Virus record (IMG/VR): IMGVR_UViG_3300029258_001506
Coordinates: 1-20,035 of that record
Length of the DNA stretch: 20,035 bases
Strand: one strand, 5' to 3'
From: a virus
The number at the start of each line of letters is the position of its first letter. Position 1 is the first letter of the stretch. Positions 15,781 to 20,035 of this stretch are shown one piece after another. Below the pieces are notes generated by a model. The model worked only from the letters and a program-made list of their open reading frames with translations, was not told the origin of the DNA and ran no database searches. The translations under genes were made by a program, and so were the position numbers.

Positions 15781-15789
15781 GGGGGCACC

Positions 15790-16746
15790 ATGAACGACCA
15801 GACAACCTGGCAAGAACAACGACAGCTCGGCATCGGCGCCAGTGAGATCGGGATCCTGATGGGGGCGCCGGCGTTCGAGCGCGACGAGCTGGACGTCTAC
15901 CTGTCGAAGATCGGGCCGCCGGTCGTCAACGACGAGGACATCGCGGACTTCCGCCGCGGGCACACGTACGAGGCGCTCGCGCTCGCGCTCGCTGCCGAGG
16001 CCGTCGGTGTCGGCATCGATCGCGCGACGGGGGGCGACGTTCAGCGGTTCTGCTTCACGGCACCGGACGCACCTCACGTTCGGTGCACGCTCGACGGGCG
16101 CTTCGACGACGGCTGGCTGGCGGAGGCGAAGGCGCCGCGGCCGTGGATCCTGTCGGAGATGCTCGAGAAGGGGATCCGCGATCTGTACGCTTGGCAGATG
16201 CAGGCGCAGCTCGCCTGCGTGCCAGACGCTCCGGGGGTCCGGTTCATCCTGTACGACGTGGTCGAGGTGAAGGTACACGTCGTCGAGGTGGAGCGCGACG
16301 ACGAGATGATCCGGCAGCTCAAGGAGAAGGCCGAGCAGTGGTGGGCCGATCACGTCGACGCCAGGATCCCGCCGGACCCTGACCAGGCAGGAGAGGGCGC
16401 CGAAAGGCGGATAATCAAGGTACCTGGCGAGTACGTCGACATCGACGGCGACGCCTGGCTTGACGCGCTCGAGCAGTTCGTCGACACCGCGGCCGCGCTC
16501 GATCAAGCGAAGGAGCAGCACGACAAGGCCAAGAGCAGGATCCAGGCCGCGATGAAGGAGTCCGGGCTAGGTAAGGTCCGGATCGCCGGCCACCGGTTCA
16601 AGTGGCACGAGCAGCCAGGCCGGATCACGTTCGACAAGCGACGGCTCTCCGCCGAGCATCCGGAGATCGACATGTCCAGGTACGAGAAGATCGGGAAGCC
16701 GTTCTTCAAGTGGGGATATTGGGCACCGAAAGGAGTGAAGTCATGA
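15790..16746 (+). CDS. YqaJ-like viral recombinase exonuclease (lambda exonuclease family)
   Basis: W...R..GIGASEI...MG, GH..E, TLDG, EAK and Y..QMQ.QL motifs; adjacent to RecT. Confidence 0.92.
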   Translation: MNDQTTWQEQRQLGIGASEIGILMGAPAFERDELDVYLSKIGPPVVNDEDIADFRRGHTYEALALALAAEAVGVGIDRATGGDVQRFCFTAPDAPHVRCTLDGRFDDGWLAEAKAPRPWILSEMLEKGIRDLYAWQMQAQLACVPDAPGVRFILYDVVEVKVHVVEVERDDEMIRQLKEKAEQWWADHVDARIPPDPDQAGEGAERRIIKVPGEYVDIDGDAWLDALEQFVDTAAALDQAKEQHDKAKSRIQAAMKESGLGKVRIAGHRFKWHEQPGRITFDKRRLSAEHPEIDMSRYEKIGKPFFKWGYWAPKGVKS

Positions 16747-17861
16747 ACCAGAAGAAGGGCAACGGGGCGGCGCTCACTGTCTGGGATCACGCGAAGGGGA
16801 TGCTGAACAAGTACAGCGCCAACATCAAATCGATCGCGCCAACAGGCACCGACGCCAAGCGGATCCAGGCGACGGTGTTCGAGGCGATCCGGAGAGAGCC
16901 GAAGTTGCAGCGCTGCTTCCAGACTGAGGACGGTTTCACCGCGCTGATCAATTCGGTGATGCTGAGCGCGCAGTACGGTCTCCCGCCGGACGGCGTGCAC
17001 GCGGCGATCACTCCGCGGCGTTTCGGCCACGTCGCCGGGGCGATCTTCATGCCGATGTGGCAAGGACTGGTCTCGGTCGCGTACCGGAGCGGCCTCGTGC
17101 AGGACGTCCGGGCCCGGGTCGTTTACGAGAAGGATCTGTTCGACTTCGAGGACGGCCGGGACTGGAAGCTGACACACACACGCCACGTCGGCGGTGATCC
17201 CGGCAAGGTGATCGCGGCCTGGTGCATCGTGACACTGACCAACGGTGGACAGATCCCGGAGGTCGTGTACGAGTACGAGGTCGAGCGGGTGATGCGCTCG
17301 AGCGGCAGCGTCGAGAACGGCACCGCCAAGCCTGGCAGCGTCTGGGATACGTGGGCCGACGAGATGTGGCGCAAGACGGCGGTCAAGCGTGCGCTCAAGT
17401 TCGCGCCGGTCGACGATAACATGCGCCAGCTGATCCACGTCGACGGGCTCGGCGAGGCCGGGCTGTCGCAGACGGACAAGACGATCGATCTCGACCCGTC
17501 GGACTTCGAGGTCTCACCGGGTCCGGGGGCGCCGGAGGTGGACCAGGATGCAGTCGCCGACATGGTCGGCGAGGCGGCAAGCCGCGGCGGCGGTCGGCAG
17601 TCCAGGGTCGTGAAGCCGCAGGAGAACGGCCAGGGGCGCTCTCAGTCCGCGGACAAGGGGGAAGGGGGCGGAGGGGCCAGCGGGCAAGGAGCGGCGGATA
17701 GCGGGCCGTCTGGCGAGCCCGACAGGCACTGCGAGGGGTGCGGGGCTGTCGGTGTCGAACTGGTCGACGGGCAGTACTGCTCGAGCTGTCTGCCGGAGCC
17801 ACCGGACGACGAGCCGGAGCCTACCGGAAACGGCGGCCAGCGGACCCTGCTCGACCCGTGA
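16743..17861 (+). CDS. recT: RecT-family single-strand annealing protein with C-terminal low-complexity tail and Zn ribbon
   Basis: ATGA overlap start. SVM.SAQ.GL.P, WQGLV..AYRSG.V..V.A..VYE.D.F and W....DEM.RKTA.KRALKFAP motifs. Confidence 0.92.
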   Translation: MNQKKGNGAALTVWDHAKGMLNKYSANIKSIAPTGTDAKRIQATVFEAIRREPKLQRCFQTEDGFTALINSVMLSAQYGLPPDGVHAAITPRRFGHVAGAIFMPMWQGLVSVAYRSGLVQDVRARVVYEKDLFDFEDGRDWKLTHTRHVGGDPGKVIAAWCIVTLTNGGQIPEVVYEYEVERVMRSSGSVENGTAKPGSVWDTWADEMWRKTAVKRALKFAPVDDNMRQLIHVDGLGEAGLSQTDKTIDLDPSDFEVSPGPGAPEVDQDAVADMVGEAASRGGGRQSRVVKPQENGQGRSQSADKGEGGGGASGQGAADSGPSGEPDRHCEGCGAVGVELVDGQYCSSCLPEPPDDEPEPTGNGGQRTLLDP

Positions 17862-18328
17862 GCGCGGCCGGGGACCAGATCGCGCCGTACGGGGGAGAGC
17901 CACCGCGGCAGCGGCACAGCTCGACCTCGTGCGACGCGGCAGACTCCGTCGTCGCCGTCGAGGGGACCATCAAGGACCGCGTGCTCGCGTTCATCACCGA
18001 GCGGGGCCCGTTCGGGGCCACCGACCAGGAGATCCAGGACGGGCTCGGCCTGACCGTGAGCACGCAGGTTCCTCGGCGACGCCAGCTGCAGCTCGAGGGG
18101 CTGATCGGCGACTCTGCGCTGGTGCGCGAAAACAGGTCCGGCCGGATGGCTGTCGTCTGGATCCGGCACCAGTTCGACCGCGTCGGGTTCGATCCGGTGA
18201 AGTCGACGAAGGAGAAGTTGCGCGACGCGCTCGAGCGGGTTGCCCAGCTCGAGGCCGACCTCGAGGACGCGCGGCGGGAGATCGCCGTGCTCAAGAAGGA
18301 CGGCCCGCAAACCAGCTTCCGATTCTAG
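17858..18328 (+). CDS. Phage winged-helix DNA-binding protein with C-terminal coiled coil
   Basis: GTGA overlap. TS..AA, VL.FI...G..GATD.EI...LGL, PRR..L...GLI.DS...R..RSGR.A.VW pattern, common in phage early regions. Confidence 0.75.
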   Translation: MSAAGDQIAPYGGEPPRQRHSSTSCDAADSVVAVEGTIKDRVLAFITERGPFGATDQEIQDGLGLTVSTQVPRRRQLQLEGLIGDSALVRENRSGRMAVVWIRHQFDRVGFDPVKSTKEKLRDALERVAQLEADLEDARREIAVLKKDGPQTSFRF

Positions 18329-18339
18329 GGAGGGGGATC

Positions 18340-18606
18340 ATGGAACGAATACAACTCAGGTTCGAGAAGGTCGAGAGGGGCGACATCGTCCAGCGACCGG
18401 TGAACAAGGGAACCGGGTTTCTCTCGGTCAAGGCACCGGGCGCCGGTGTGTTGATCACCGACGCCGACGATCGCTCGCGGTACGTCAGGCGCGATCAGCT
18501 GCTGGCGTTCATCTCGAGCGGGGAGCAGGAGATGATCGTCAACCCGTGGGAGGAAGCAACCGAGGCGGTCCGAGTCCCGCCGACGGGGAGTGGGAATTCG
18601 GAGTAG
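18340..18606 (+). CDS. Hypothetical protein (88 aa)
   Basis: GGAGGGGG RBS before ATG 18340; GC3-biased codons. Confidence 0.7.
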   Translation: MERIQLRFEKVERGDIVQRPVNKGTGFLSVKAPGAGVLITDADDRSRYVRRDQLLAFISSGEQEMIVNPWEEATEAVRVPPTGSGNSE

Positions 18607-18641
18607 TTGATCGACTCGGTTCGAGCTGGCATACTGCCAGC
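18607..18641 (+). promoter_or_regulatory. Sigma70-like promoter with palindrome over the -10
   Basis: TTGATC, 17 nt spacer, CATACT. Inverted repeat GCTGGCA-TAC-TGCCAGC at 18625-18641. Confidence 0.65.
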
Positions 18642-18673
18642 AGGCAGACTGTCAGGACGAAACTCAGTGAACT

Positions 18674-18758
18674 GTACGTCGACACACAGAGCCGGCCGAG
18701 TCCCTCCCTACTCGTCCGGGGTGGTCTGCCGCTCGGCTGGCTCTTTGTGTCGACGTGC
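18674..18758 (+). ncRNA. Putative CI/C4-like antisense RNA hairpin upstream of the replication initiator
   Basis: 28-position stem (18674-18701 with 18731-18758) with three G-U pairs and one mismatch. Its loop and bulge are complementary to flanking sites. Confidence 0.7.
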
Positions 18759-18771
18759 CAGGGGATAGCCG

Positions 18772-19776
18772 ATGCGCAGAACCGGACCGCACTTCTCGCA
18801 GGTCGAGAGCAACATCGATCGCGAACCAGAATTCCGTTCTCTACCGCGCGACGCGCGCGACCTTTGGAAGTACCTGATCATCACCGGACGCAAGGCGCGT
18901 CCGTGCGACGGGCTCGTCGTCGCCAGCCTGGCCGAGGTGGCGATCGACCTGCTCTGGGAACCACCGACGATCGAGGGGCTGCCGGGCGCGCTCCCGCAAG
19001 TGCGCGACGCGTTCCGGGTGCTGATCGAGCGGCGTTGGGTTCTCGCCGACTGGTCGGCCTGCGTGCTCCTGCTCCCGCGGCTGCTCCGACACCGTCCGCC
19101 GGCGAACCCGTCGGTCGTCGCCGGATGGCAGTCCGCGCTTGCCGACGTGCCGGAGTCGCCGCTCAAGGCCGAGTGGCTCCGGATAGCGTTCGAGGTGGTG
19201 AAGGAACTGCCGGCAGACGACAAGGGAAAGCGCAATCGTCTTGACACCTTCGTCGAGCTGTTCGGCGAGCAGGAACCGTCGACACTAGACGGTGTACCAG
19301 ACGGCCTCGACACCGTGTCACAGACGGTGTTGCCAGGGTTGGATACACCGTGTCGACACACTAAGACCGGGACTCTGACAGGGACTGTTACTGGAACCAG
19401 CGCGCGGACGCGCGTCGAAAAAGAAATAGAGATCGAAGAAGAAGAACCAGGACGTGCTCGACATCGTCTCGTAGCGGTCTGCCTCGAACTGTGGCCAGCC
19501 TGGCCGGAGGAGCAGGCGACGTCGTCCGTTATGCGGCTCAAGGGGGCTGGGCTCGGCCTCGACGACACGGCCTGGGAGCGCGTGATCCGCGACGCGTACA
19601 ACAGGGCGGACCCGAACCTCCCGAATACGCAGATTCACCGGACGATTTACGATCAGGCACAGTACCATCTCAGGACGCGCGAGAGGGCCTCTGATGGCGC
19701 CGGCGACGCACGCAGGCTCAAGCCGCTGTTGCAGGTCGTCAGCGAGCAGGAAGGCGGAGAGGGGGCCTCACGATGA
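18772..19776 (+). CDS. Probable replication initiator (lambda O / replisome-organiser-like)
   Basis: N-terminal FRSL...AR.LW.YLI.T wHTH-like region, N...NPSVV.GW motif, central T/G/D low-complexity linker carrying DNA repeats. Directly upstream of DnaB. Confidence 0.75.
   Translation: MRRTGPHFSQVESNIDREPEFRSLPRDARDLWKYLIITGRKARPCDGLVVASLAEVAIDLLWEPPTIEGLPGALPQVRDAFRVLIERRWVLADWSACVLLLPRLLRHRPPANPSVVAGWQSALADVPESPLKAEWLRIAFEVVKELPADDKGKRNRLDTFVELFGEQEPSTLDGVPDGLDTVSQTVLPGLDTPCRHTKTGTLTGTVTGTSARTRVEKEIEIEEEEPGRARHRLVAVCLELWPAWPEEQATSSVMRLKGAGLGLDDTAWERVIRDAYNRADPNLPNTQIHRTIYDQAQYHLRTRERASDGAGDARRLKPLLQVVSEQEGGEGASR
19287..19354. repeat. Iteron-like repeats (candidate replication origin)
   Basis: AGACGGTGT at 19287 and 19322; ACACCGTGTC at 19310 and 19345. 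Confidence 0.65.
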
Positions 19777-20035
19777 ACGAGGAGCGGAGACGAGAGGGGC
19801 GGGTTCCTCCGTACAGCGCCGAGGCCGAGGAAGCCGTACTCGGTTCTGTGCTGCTGAACAACGACGTGATCGCCGAGCTGCGCGGGATACTGACCCCGGG
19901 GGACTTTTACGTCGAGACCAATCGCAGGATCTACGAAGCGATCCTCGAGCTAGCCCCGAAGTCCGTCGTCGATCATGTGACTCTCGGCCAGGAGTTGAAG
20001 CGGCGCGGAGATTGGGATCGGATTGGAGGAGCGGC
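19773..20035 (+). CDS. dnaB: Replicative DNA helicase DnaB-like, N-terminal domain (3'-truncated; not in the ORF track)
   Basis: Manual translation: MNEERRREGRVPPYSAEAEEAVLGSVLLNNDVIAELRGILTPGDFYVETNRRIYEAILEL...VDHVTLGQELKRRGDWDRIGGA. Confidence 0.9.
   Translation, partial: MNEERRREGRVPPYSAEAEEAVLGSVLLNNDVIAELRGILTPGDFYVETNRRIYEAILELAPKSVVDHVTLGQELKRRGDWDRIGGA

Noticed and set aside
15052-16521. Long minus-strand ORFs (this one, 5270-6763, 9478-10854, 11456-12772 and others)
   Set aside because: They are antisense shadows of GC3-rich plus-strand genes, with Arg/Val-rich unnatural composition and no motifs.
16602-16742. Upstream extensions given in the ORF track (RecT from 16602; also 12916, 15080, 17738, 17752 starts)
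   Set aside because: They overlap real genes or the RNA element; better starts with RBS or stop-start coupling exist at 16743, 13003, 15131, 17858 and 18340.
18649-18670. Hammerhead ribozyme (GGACGAAAC resembles the core)
   Set aside because: No CUGANGA core in a compatible position on either strand; GGACGA is better explained as the antisense target box.

Overview
All convincing genes are on the + strand of a high-GC tailed phage or prophage; the host is probably Myxococcota/delta-proteobacterial, inferred from the baseplate/fibre architecture and a Myxococcota-style lipoprotein. Positions 1-12664 are the end of the virion module: a very long modular tail fibre (5'-truncated), small chaperone-like genes, a baseplate protein with a P2 gpI-like domain, a second fibre with a beta-propeller-like tip, a holin-like membrane protein and two paralogous decoration-like proteins. 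Positions 12730-15130 are an accessory region with sigma70-like promoters, a Zn-ribbon protein, an Asp/Cys-rich lipoprotein, a stand-alone response-regulator receiver and an orphan HicB-like gene lacking its own stop codon. Positions 15131-20035 are the early/replication module: Cro-like HTH, YqaJ exonuclease, RecT, wHTH protein, a replication initiator with internal iteron-like repeats and the start of DnaB. The most notable non-coding signals are two long structured RNAs at 15007-15109 and 18674-18758. The second has a P4-CI/P1-C4-like antisense layout, with target sites in its own leader and over the initiator start. All assignments come from reading motifs by eye; no database searches were run.
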